Source of the DNA: Podarcis cretensis | Taxonomy: Eukaryota | Assembly (NCBI GenBank): GCA_951804945.1 | Contig: OX638156.1 | Span: 61,628,001-61,692,000 of the forward strand | DNA: 64,000 nt | Direction: 5' to 3' | In this document: positions 48,203 to 58,467 of the stretch, piece by piece | Numbering within the stretch: position 1 is the stretch's first letter | Layout of the letters: each line of letters opens with the position of its first letter | Program-made: the position numbers and the translations under genes | Notes under the pieces: generated by a model | Told to the model about the DNA's origin: nothing | Databases searched by the model: none | Seen by the model: the letters and a program-made list of their open reading frames with translations, nothing else

Positions 48203-48566
48203 GAGGATGTGTCTCAGTGGTAGAGCATCTGCCTTGCATACAGAAGCTCTCAAGCTCAACCCCCCAATGGCATCTCCAGGTAGGGCTGGGAGAGACCACT
48301 GCTTGAAACCCTGGATAGCCACTGCCAGTCAGTGTAGACAGTATTGAGCTAGATGGAGCAATGGCCTGACCCAGCAGCTTCCTATTGGCGAAGAGCTGTA
48401 GCTCAATGGTAGGGGGATCTGCCTTGCATGCAGAAGGTCCCAGATTCGATCCCCAATCGCATCTCCAGGCAGGGCTGAGAAAGACTGCTGCTTGAAACTC
48501 TGCAGTTGGTGCAGACCTTGCTGATCTAGATGGACCAATGGTCTAACTCAGTATGTGGCAGCTTCA
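48203..48566 (+). mobile_element. Two head-to-tail tRNA(Ala)-like SINEs
   Basis: Units ~48203-48385 and ~48389-48566, each with an A/B-box head and a GCAGCTTC end. Confidence 0.75.
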
Positions 48567-48903
48567 GAGGCTTCCAATGTTTCTTTGTTAGTCTTACCCC
48601 ATCTGCCTCCTGCTTCCTGGGTTCTCTAATGCTGAGACCAAGGAGGAGGAAGTTGATTGGCAGTGCCACCACCCCTGGGCTGGTTTGAAGCATGAGGGCA
48701 GGTGTCATGACCCCCAGAGACTAGCAGCAATCAAGACTCAGAAGCAGCTGTTGGCACCCTGAAGTTCAGCATGAGTCCTGACAGCAAAAGTCAGCATTTG
48801 CTTTCCTCCCCCTCTGAAACATGGTCTAGAATTGTAGAGTTGAAAGGGAGCCCCAAGGGTCATCTGGTTCAACCCCCTGAACTGGGAGAAAGGTGGAATA
48901 TTA

Positions 48904-48939
48904 GAATGAATGAATGAATGAATGAATGAATGAATGAAT
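48904..48939. repeat. (GAAT)n microsatellite
   Basis: Directly visible. Confidence 0.9.
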
Positions 48940-49443
48940 TTGGCATAACTGTAGGGTTTGCTTGTTTTCTAAAGGAAAGCCTTCCCAAAGCATGGAAATG
49001 GGTGTTTATTTGAGTTTGTTCCACCTGCCGTCAACATCCTGTCATGGGGCTTGAAATGTCTGAAATGTTCTCCAGATTCCTCCCCACTCCTGGTTTCTCT
49101 GCACAGCCCCCATATCCAGCCTGCCGGCATCGTCTCCAGAGTAATAATTAAATCTTTCCCTGTCCTATCATTTGGCGCCAGGTTCTGCTGGAAACATTTA
49201 CAGCTTCTGCTGTTATCCTTGCTGGGAAAATTATAATGGCCACATCGGGCTCAAGGGGTGTAGCCAGAGACGGATATCTAACAGGAGGAGGAACCGATTA
49301 TCCCTTTCTACAGTCTGATGCCTTTATCTGAGCAAGCAGTTCAGAAACGCTGTGAACTACCTGATTCGAACGACCTTTCCCAGTGATATTCACAGCAAGG
49401 CACACTAATAACAAGCCTTTGCGCAGAAATACTTTCTGGAAAC

Positions 49444-49446
<3 letters not shown>

Positions 49447-49491
<45 letters not shown>
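49447..49491. repeat. (CT)n microsatellite
   Basis: Directly visible. Confidence 0.95.
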
Positions 49492-49495
<4 letters not shown>

Positions 49496-49535
49496 TGTAT
49501 CATTACTTCATTATATTTAAGCAGCTTTTACAATA

Positions 49536-49776
49536 CAGTGGTACCTTGGGTTACATATGCTTCAGGTTACATATGCTTCAGGTTAGAGACTCTGCTAACC
49601 CAGAAATATTACCTCAGGTTAAGAACTTTGCTTCAGGATGAGAACAGAAATCATGCTCCAGCGGCACGGCAGCTGCAGGAGCCCCATTAGCTAAAGTGGT
49701 GCTTCAGGTTAAGAACAGTTTCAGGTTAAGAGCAGACCTCCAGAACGAATCAAGTACTTAACCCGAGGTACCACTG
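49536..49776. mobile_element. Tc1/mariner (Tigger-like) MITE
   Basis: TA|CAGTGGTACCTTGGGTTA ... TAACCCGAGGTACCACTG|TA; internal TTCAGGTTA repeats. Confidence 0.9.
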
Positions 49777-50157
49777 TAGTTGTCTGTGACTGATTATCAG
49801 GTGCCGATAGCAGCAACCAGCAGAGTTGGGTGTCTAACTGTTTTCATTCTGATTAGAAAAACAAGGGGGGGGGAAATAGTTAAATTAGATGTGGCTCTGT
49901 CATTTCCCGGGTTAAAAGTCTTTCTCTCCCCCCCCCCCATTTCTCCCCACAATCACAGACAAACTTCATTAGGACCTTTTCAAAATCATTCACCAGGAGG
50001 GGAATATGTTGAAGGAGCCCCTGTCTCATTCCTGCCTGGTTGTATAAGCCAGGTGATCTGAACACAATGGCACCTATTTTGTGTCAGCTGCATTGCTTGA
50101 GAATTTGTTTTTGGGCCCCATTTCGAAGTGCTGGAACACACATCAGAACACACAGTA

Positions 50158-50397
50158 CCTAAGAACTGGATCAGGCTAATGGGCCGTCTAGTCCAGCATC
50201 CTGTTCTCACTGTGGCCAACTAGTTGCCTATATGGGAAGCATGCAAGCAAGACCCCAGCATGAGAACATTCTCTCCTCCTGTGGTTTCCAGCAGCTGAAA
50301 TTCAGAAGCATTTCTCGCTCTGACTGTGGAGGCAGAGCACAGCCGTCAGGCTAGTAGCCATCAATGGACTCCTCTCCCACAAATTAATCTAATCTTA
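50158..50397 (-). mobile_element. CR1 3' UTR fragment
   Basis: Same family as 7531-7770. Confidence 0.7.
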
Positions 50398-50501
50398 TTT
50401 GTCTAATTTTAGTGCTTAATGTGTCATGCTTAATGGCATAACCTAGACTCACCCCAAGGTCTCAGTTATGGCCCCTAGAATGTTAGGGTCTTGGATGCTC
50501 C

Positions 50502-50637
50502 NNNNNNNNNNNNNNNNNNNNNNNNNNNNNNNNNNNNNNNNNNNNNNNNNNNNNNNNNNNNNNNNNNNNNNNNNNNNNNNNNNNNNNNNNNNNNNNNNNN
50601 NNNNNNNNNNNNNNNNNNNNNNNNNNNNNNNNNNNNN
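50502..50637. other. Assembly gap (136 N)
   Basis: Run of N. Confidence 1.
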
Positions 50638-51731
50638 TCCCCAACTGCAGAACAAATCGTCCAAAAATAAAGGTATGAAATCTAATTTTTAGACCAGATA
50701 TAGGCATCTCTTCAAATATGACCTTTTCTTTTTGTCCTGCTAACTGGGCAAAAACAGACCTCAGTGACTGCAGGATTTACTGCGGCAAACATGGGATCAT
50801 TTCCTCAGCTGCCTACCAGGCCAGCTGCACTCACAATTACCCAAACCTGCCATTTCCATGGGTAATAATACGAGGAGCTGGAAATGGCACCTCAGCTTGA
50901 TCTGGAGGGGTCATGTGTGTTATCTCCTGACAACACAGCAAATAATGTGTAAAATAAGCTCTAAAGTTAAGTCTCCCTGCTGCTGCCTACAGAACAACAC
51001 TTCCCCCTCCCCTTTCAAAGCACCTTGTAGGCTTGATATAATTCTCTCTGCAACTCATGTGAGATAAAAATGTGTAATCCCCATTTTCTGCTGGGGAAAT
51101 GGAGAGATGGGGGTCAAATGCTGTCCTGTGTGTTTTGATGAGTAGAGTGCAGACAGAAGGCTCTTTGGAAATACATATGACTTTTTCATCTCATGCTCCT
51201 TATGTATCCAGATTACAAAAGGATCTTGCTTCAGAAAATGAGGGTATGTGTTGCAGAAGAGCAAATAAAATCAGACCCAGCAAAGTAGCTTATGTTGTGC
51301 TAAGATGCATTCGTGAAATATGTGTTCAGCTAAACTAGGGGTGAACAGCTTGCGGCCCTGTGAACAAATTTGGCCCTTAGCTCAGTAATTTCACTCTAGA
51401 CCTAATTTCAAAAGCAAGTAATCAGTTCACAACTCTGGCAAGAGTTATCTGTACATACCTTGGCAGCCCACTGGGCAAGGAGGAAAGGAAAGGAAAAAAC
51501 AGGAAAGAGAATGGGAGAGATAAGGGGTATGTGAGAGAGAGAGGGGGGGGGGAAGGGAGAGAAGTGGTGCCTGAGAGACAGAGCGAGAAGGGCTGGAGTA
51601 CACCTGAAATCCCAAAATTTCACACACTTCCTGGAACACTCATCTAATCCACCCCCCCTGCTATTCATAGAATTGTGGATTTGGAAGGGCCCTCAAGGGT
51701 AATCTAATATAGGTAAAGGTAAAAGGTAAAT

Positions 51732-52093
51732 GAATTATGGTGCTGGAGGAGACTCTTGAGAGTCCCATGGACTGCAAGAAGATCAAACCTATCCATTCTT
51801 AAGGAAATCAGCCCTGAGTGCTCACTGGAAGGACAGATCCTGAAGCTGAGGCTCCAATACTTTGGCCACGTCATGAGAAGAGAAGACTCCCTGGAAAAGA
51901 CCCTGATGCTGGGAAAGATGGAGGGCACAAGGAGAAGGGGACGACAGAGGACGAGATGGTTGGATAGTGTTCTCGAAGCTACCAGCATGAGTTTGACCAA
52001 ACTGCAGGAGGCAGTGGAAGACAGAAGTGCCTGGCGTGCTCTGGTCCATGGAGTCATGAAGAGTCGGACACAACTAAACGACTAAACAACAAC
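51732..52093 (+). mobile_element. Bov-B/RTE 3' fragment (~362 bp)
   Basis: ORF 51756-52085 is the RTE C-terminus; 11-bp TSD AAAAGGTAAAT (51721-51731, 52094-52104). Confidence 0.93.
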
Positions 52094-52240
52094 AAAAGGT
52101 AAATGGCCCCTGGATGGTTAAGTCTAGTCAAAGGTGACTATGGGGTGTGGCGCTCATCTCGTTTCAGGCCAAGAGAGCCAGCATTTGTCCACAGACAGCT
52201 TTCCAGGTCATGTGGCTAGCATGACTAAATCGCTTCTGGT
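52094..52240 (-). mobile_element. Sauria SINE 3' fragment (its tail continues at 51711-51731)
   Basis: GGCGCTCATCTCG...GGTCATGTGGCTAGCATGACTAA is the reverse complement of the Sauria SINE 3' half. Confidence 0.75.
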
Positions 52241-53347
52241 GGAACTCCCTGCAATGCAGGAATCACAGCTAAAGAATCCCAAAGCAGAGGCCATCCAGCC
52301 TCTGTTTAAAAACCTCCAATAAAGGTGGCTTCATCACCTTCCAAGACGGTGCATTCCACTGTCAAGCATCTCTTACCATTATGAAGTTCTTCGTAAGATT
52401 TAGTTGGTGTCTCCGTTCTTGTCATTCGAATCCACTGGTTCAAATCTTTCTTTCTCCAACTTCCATGTGACAGACCTTTAGATATTCAAAGATGGCTAGC
52501 ACATCACCTCTCAGTCTTCTCTTAGTTAAACATCCCCAACTCCCTCAACTGTTCCTCACTAGGCTTGGTTTCCCGACCCTTGATCATCTTGGCTGCCCTC
52601 CACTGCATTTGTTCCTGACTGTTGCAAACATATTCTATCCATTCCTTTCCTCTCTGTCCATTAAGATATTCCGAATAAACAGTTTTCTATGTAAATGACA
52701 GAGCTGGAGGATGGCAAATTCAAAAAGCTATTCTGTGCCAAATGAGGAGGAGGGAAAGTGGATTCTGGAGTTTTATTTCCTTTAATATAATTGGACAATA
52801 CACAGCAAATTGAATATATTGTGATAGAAATCCAACTCTGAATCAATCCACTTATTTTGCAGATTTTATAAGTCTACTAGAATGCCCAGACAATTTAGAC
52901 TCATTGTTTGGAAACATTTTTTATTGATTTTTCTTGTCAAACATAAGAGCACTCAAATAGACCTCAACCTCATTGAAATATCCAAGTACTCTTTAAGCTA
53001 GGATCTAGAGAAGTATAGCCAGAGAAGCCTTTGCAAAAACCCTTTCTGTACTGGCCCCCAGCCCATGTTGAAACAGTCATGGTTGGCACTGTGATGCCAT
53101 TCCCCCCAACCCCCCCCCCCAAAGTTTGTGGGTGTAATTTCTTTTTTTAAAAAAATTTTAAAAATGGTGACGATTCCAAACAGGGGCAACGAGGGGCAGA
53201 GAAGAAAGGCCTTATCTTTTATGAAATAAAAGAGAAATTGATTCTCCAAAGTGCTTGAATTTATTGAAGCCAAATGGATTGTGGAAATACAATTTCCTTC
53301 TTCAGGGGCAATCTGAGAATGTGTGCTTCTTGACAGTGGTTTGATTG

Positions 53348-53582
53348 AAGAAGAAGAAGAAGAGTTTGGACTTGATATCCCGCCTTTCACTCCCCTTACG
53401 GAATCTCAAAGCAGCTCACAATCTCCTTTCCCTTCCTCCCCCACAACAAACACTCTGTGAGGTGAGTGAAGCTGAGAGACTTCAGAGAAGTGTGACTAGC
53501 CCAAGGTCACCCAGCAGCTGCATGTGGAGGAGCGGAGACGCGAACCCGGTCCCCCAGATTACGAGACTACTCTTAACCACTA
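53348..53582 (-). mobile_element. Squam3B-like SINE
   Basis: (AAG)n tail; near-identical to 54792-55050. Confidence 0.85.
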
Positions 53583-53745
53583 GATGAATGTGTGCAGAGC
53601 TAGCCCCCTGCATACACACATAACACAGCTTTATTTCCCCCGACAGAAGTGAATGGCAGCCATTTATTTATATGTGAGAAAGTAAATATGTGCATTCAAA
53701 GATAGCACTAGATTCGGGGCTAGAATAACTCTAGAGCTTGTGGAC

Positions 53746-54111
53746 ATCCAAGGGAACTGAATGTTGGAAGATTCAGGGCAGATAAAAGAAAGTCCTTTTT
53801 CATGCAGTACATACTTACACTATGGAACTTGTTCGCACAGCGGAGCATTGATGGCCACCAACCCAGATAGCTTTAAAATAGAACTGAATAAATTAATGTA
53901 GTATAATGTAAAGTGGCTACTAACCATGATGGCTTTCTCCTGCTTCCATTGTCAGAAGCAGTATGCATCTGACTACCAGTTGCTGGGAACCACAGTTGTC
54001 TCGGGTCCCGCTTGCAGAGTTCCCACAAGGATCTAGTTGGCCATTGGCAGAACAGGATGCTGGACTAGGTGGGTCTTTGGCCTGATCCAGCAGGGCTGCT
54101 CTTGGGTTCTT
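53746..54111 (+). mobile_element. CR1 LINE ORF2 C-terminus and 3' UTR
   Basis: GRFRADKRKSFF...LWNL...MATNPDSFK-like translation followed by the family 3' UTR. Confidence 0.75.
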
Positions 54112-54791
54112 AAGAAGAGAGAGCAGGAACCTTGAAGTTGCTCCTCAAGGGTCAGCACCTGGGCAGCATCCTGAGCAGGCACACTGGTTGACCTGGGCCA
54201 CCTTGGACCAAATGAGGCAGCCTCTGGGGGAGGCCGAGGAGTCTTCCACCCTATGGTACTTCTGTTTAAATTATAGCACCCCCCCTCCCAATGTGTATCT
54301 ACACACACACATACTATTATCATGTGTCACTTCAATGCAAATCTGTTTCCTTTTCTTTTAGTTGATGTGCAAGTGATAATTTCAAGGTCTAATATTTGCC
54401 TCCTGTAACCAACATGAGCTGTTTGGTCATAGTGCCAAAACACCAGCATTTTGCTTTCGAATTTACAAGAGATTAATTTATGATTAATTTAAGAGAAACA
54501 TCCACCAACACTTTGCTGACAGCCTCCTTGACTTATAGAAGTATCCTGCCAAAAGTGACCTACAAGTGCAAGAACTGGTCATATTTATATTTTGCTGCAT
54601 TTCCCCAAGGACACTGCTTGAGGCAGTCTGAGGCAGGCCCCTTAAGAAATAGTATGTCTGGAATGAACTCCCCCTGCCTGCCCCCCCCATTTGACAGATG
54701 TAATACTGAATTTTCTTCTCTCTCTCTCTCTTTGGTTAGGATGTTGTCAGAGCACTGAAAATCTAAGGATTTGGCCTCTCAGATTGATCCA

Positions 54792-55050
54792 AAAGAAGAA
54801 GAGTAAGAAGAAGAGTTTGGATTTGATATCCCACCTTTCACTCCGCTTCAGGAGTCTCAAAGCGGCTAACAATCTCCTTTCCCTTCCTCCCCCACAACAA
54901 ACACTCTGTGAGGTGAGTGGGGCTGAGAGACTTCAAAGAAGTGTGACTGGCCCAAGGTCACCCAGCAGCTGCATGTGGAGGAGCGGAGACGCGAACCCGG
55001 TTCCCCAGATTAAGAGACTACCGCTCTTAACCACTACACCACACTGGCTC
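54792..55050 (-). mobile_element. Squam3B-like SINE, full length
   Basis: Ends in CTCTTAACCACTACACCACACTGGCTC (reverse complement of the head); (AAG)n tail. Confidence 0.88.
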
Positions 55051-56183
55051 TTCTTTGAGACTCTCCATGAGCTGGAGAACCCCCCAAGGTCATAGAGAGG
55101 AACACATTCTGTAGGCCTTCCTGTCTACTTCATTAGGGCCATGTGTCCAGCAAGAAAGGGGGGGGGAAAGTGTTGCAGAGAAAAGATGGAATGGAACAAG
55201 GTCCATTAATCAGGCCAGAGATGGCATTATCAGCAGACACATCACTTTTTAATAAAATGTTCCATCACTAGCCTGCTTAAAAAGATAACAATATATAAGA
55301 CAGGTAGGAGATTATTCCTGGGTTTAGTGCTTTTGCAAGCACAAACTTTTTGATGTATTTTGACCCCAGAGAGGCAGGGACCCCATTTTATGAGGTGTTA
55401 TTGCCATAGAAATATTTTTTAAAAATATTTAATATAAGGTACTTTCCTCTTTCTCCTTTATTTAACTTGTGAATGCTGGAGAGACTTTTGTATGAATTTT
55501 GTATCTGCAATCTATCTATCTCCTTCTTGAACAGGACCAGTCCATATATATATATTTATTATCTTTGTATCCCATCTCTCTGCCAAAATGGATAGAGATA
55601 TATCACCACAACAACCTTGTAAGGTTGGTTATATTATTTTATCCCTATAATATTATACGGCTATAATTTATAAAAATATGATAGACCTCTCCACAGCAGG
55701 GAAGATTGCAAACAGAGGGACTTCCAGTCCATTGGCATTTCCAAGTGGGATTTAATTGCATGCTGTCCCAACAAGGTTGTATAAATAAAGTTGATTTGGA
55801 GTTGGAGCTCTTGCACAGCAAACCCAACTCTTCCCACAAAAAAACCCTGGACTTTTTGCAATGAGCAAAGTGATGAGGAAATGCACTGAAAAGTGTGGGA
55901 TAACATTTGCTTGATGCAACATTGTTTAAACTCCCTGCAAACAAATCAGAATGGATGTTCTATGAATAGAGGACATTGTCTAACCTCCCTGCAAACATTG
56001 TGCAAATGAATCAGGATGAATGCACAGTAAACAGGTCAAACTGGAAGCAACCCATTTGACTTCTGCTTGCTGTCCAGGAGTCAACATCTAAATGGCAGTT
56101 TCAATGGCCCCATGGATCTAACTTCTTAATTTCTTTATTTTAAAAGCAATTTTAAACCAGACAGCCCTTCAGATAGAAGACTT

Positions 56184-56388
56184 ATAAGAACACAAGTGTC
56201 TGGTGGATCAGACCAGTGAGCCATCTAGTCCAACATCCCAACAATGGCCTATGGGAAGCCTGCAAGCTGGACCTAAGCACAACAGCACCCTCCTCCCCCA
56301 TGGTTTCCAGCAACTAGTATTCAGAAGTATACTGCCTCTACAAATGGAGGTAGAACATAGCCATCAGGGCTAGTAGCCATTGCTAGCC
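56184..56388 (-). mobile_element. CR1 3' UTR fragment
   Basis: Same family as 7531-7770. Confidence 0.65.
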
Positions 56389-57697
56389 GAACAGGTCTGA
56401 TAGACCTTCACAGACAGAGCTGTCTTCTGTACTATACAGAAAGTCATATACCTAGCATGGAGCGAGGTCTAAAATCATTACACTGCATTGGCTCTCCTAG
56501 AGTGCTCCCCTCTCTCTTCCAAATGCTGAATAACTCTCCGACTGAAAAGAGAATTAACAAATTTACAAGCAGAAGTTGTAAATTCTTTTTTTATAGCTAG
56601 AGAGTCAAAGAAGGTTCTCTCTGCTACTTCCATTTCAGTGAAAGTATGGTTTGGATTTCTTGGGGGAGGGGGTTCTGTTCAAGATATTTTCTTCATTCAA
56701 CGTATTTTTATATTTACTTTGGACTGGCTATTCACAGTTGTTCCTTGTGTGCTTCTCTGAAGAAGGCAGAAGGGGATAAATCCTATTGCAACAAGTAATA
56801 CTCTGTTGCTAGAAGCTATGGAAAGAGCAGCTCCCATGACACTTAGGAGTCATCTCAGCCCCATGAATCCATGGTTCACTAATTGCTCATCCATTCTTGC
56901 CACCTAGATCTGTGATGGGCTTCATTCTGTTGGTTCTGTGGCTCTACATTTCAGGTGGTTGTCACCTATACAGTTGCAAATATTCTATATGCAATATAGT
57001 TAAACCTCTGGGGAGCAGGACTATCATCTGAAATATACATCATTCCATCCGGAATATGACATTTGCTTCTCTTCAGTCAGGTTTAAGCCTAGATTCAACT
57101 GGATGTCATAAAAATCACAATGCATCAGCAGTACTTGATATTACGGATTTCCTTAATAAATTGTAGGATACCTAATTTAACTTTGGATCACGTATCAGAA
57201 GAGAATGGGGTTTCAACACTAAGTGGTGCACTGGTCCCTTTTGTATAAAAGCCTAACAGTGCAATCCTTTGAATGTTTACACAGAAGCAAATCACACTGG
57301 ACTCATTTAGTATGCATGGGATAGTGCACATAGGGTTGGAGCTTTAGGCTGCAAGTCTATATACACTTACCTAAGTATAAGACCATTGAACTCAAGGAAG
57401 ATTATTTCTGAATAGATTTGTTCAGGCTCGCACCATAAGGCGCTAATCATCTGCACACTTACAATGGAGTAGGTATCATTGAAATCAATGGAACTTCCTT
57501 TAGAGTAAACATATTTAGGACTAGGCTCTATGAACTCTGTTACTGGATCACGGGTGTCGTCTGCCTCCCTACTGTTTTTCCTTTGATTCTCATTTGTTGC
57601 ACAGATTGTGTGAGCAGGTTAGCCAAAGGCACCCAGATTCTCTTTGCTCTGTTTCCTTATCTGCAGGGGTCTATGGGGTGTTAGGGGAGTGTTAGAA

Positions 57698-57833
57698 CAG
57701 ACTTCCTCAACCTCAGCCCTCCAGATGTTTTGGGACTACAACTCCCATGATCCCTAGCTAGCAGGACCAGTGGTCAGGGATGATGGGAATTGTAGTCTCA
57801 AAACATCTGGAAGGCCAAGGTTGAGGAAGCCTG
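57698..57833. mobile_element. 136-bp palindromic hAT MITE
   Basis: CAGACTTCCTCAACCT ... AGGTTGAGGAAGCCTG; perfect TSD TGTTAGAA. Confidence 0.9.
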
Positions 57834-57845
57834 TGTTAGAACCTA

Positions 57846-58132
57846 TGGTGGCAGACAGGTTGTGTTCCTTCTGGGGCAGTTTGTCCACTTTTGGTACCCA
57901 CCTGGCACTCAGTTCTCACCTGTGGCTCCTAGAAGCTATCAGCATATGACACCAGCTGCACCCCAGGAAATAGCCTGCCCAGATAAACCAAGTGAGGGTA
58001 GCTGATGGGCCATAAATCCTCGGTGATTTAGGGACTTCCCCTGCATGTGAAGACAGGCTCCAGTGGATTGAGCGGATAAGACCAATAGAGGGTCCAATAC
58101 TCAAGAAGGCGGTTTCTGTGTGTGCTTGTAGA
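57846..58132 (-). mobile_element. Probable RTE-clade LINE 5' region fragment (not the Bov-B 3' end)
   Basis: Minus strand GTCTTCACATGC...TCACCGAGG...CTACCCTCAC.TGGTTTA...AGCTTCTAGGAGCCACAGGTGAGA resembles RTE-1 5' UTR sequence as I recall it; not verified. Confidence 0.45.
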
Positions 58133-58307
58133 ATATTTCTAATTTAAGCAAACCTAAAGCAAACAGTCCCCCTGAGCTGCATTAATGTAAATCTGCAAAA
58201 CTGGCAAGATCAGTTCTAGCTACTCATAGCCAGATTCCCCCCCCCCCCATGGCTCCCAAACATCACTGAGATTCTTGGTTAGCAATAAATCTGCCATGTT
58301 CAGCAAA

Positions 58308-58467
58308 CAGTGGCATAGCGTGGGTTGTCAGCACCCGGGGCAAGGCAAGTAATTTGCGCCCCCTAACCCGTGGATTTTAGTAGGGGCAGAGAGCTGCGAG
58401 TGCGAGCGCCCCCCCAGATGTTGCGCCCGGTGCGGCCCCCCCCTGCACCCCCCATGCTACGCCACTG
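58308..58467. mobile_element. GC-rich hAT MITE (160 bp)
   Basis: CAGTGGCATAGCGTGGG / CCCATGCTACGCCACTG TIRs; perfect TSD TCAGCAAA. Confidence 0.9.

Larger units (their letters stand above)
51667..52615 (-). mobile_element. CR1 3' fragment hosting nested Sauria SINE and Bov-B inserts
   Basis: ATAGAATTGTGGATTTGGAAGGG tail at 51667; CR1 body resumes at ~52243 (GCCATCCAGCCTCTGTTTAAAAACCTCC). Confidence 0.65.

Noticed and set aside
50502-50637. Gap length (136 N) equals the 136-bp MITE length
   Set aside because: The flanks show no 8-bp TSD and gap sizes are estimates; treated as coincidence. ORFs spanning the gap are artefacts.
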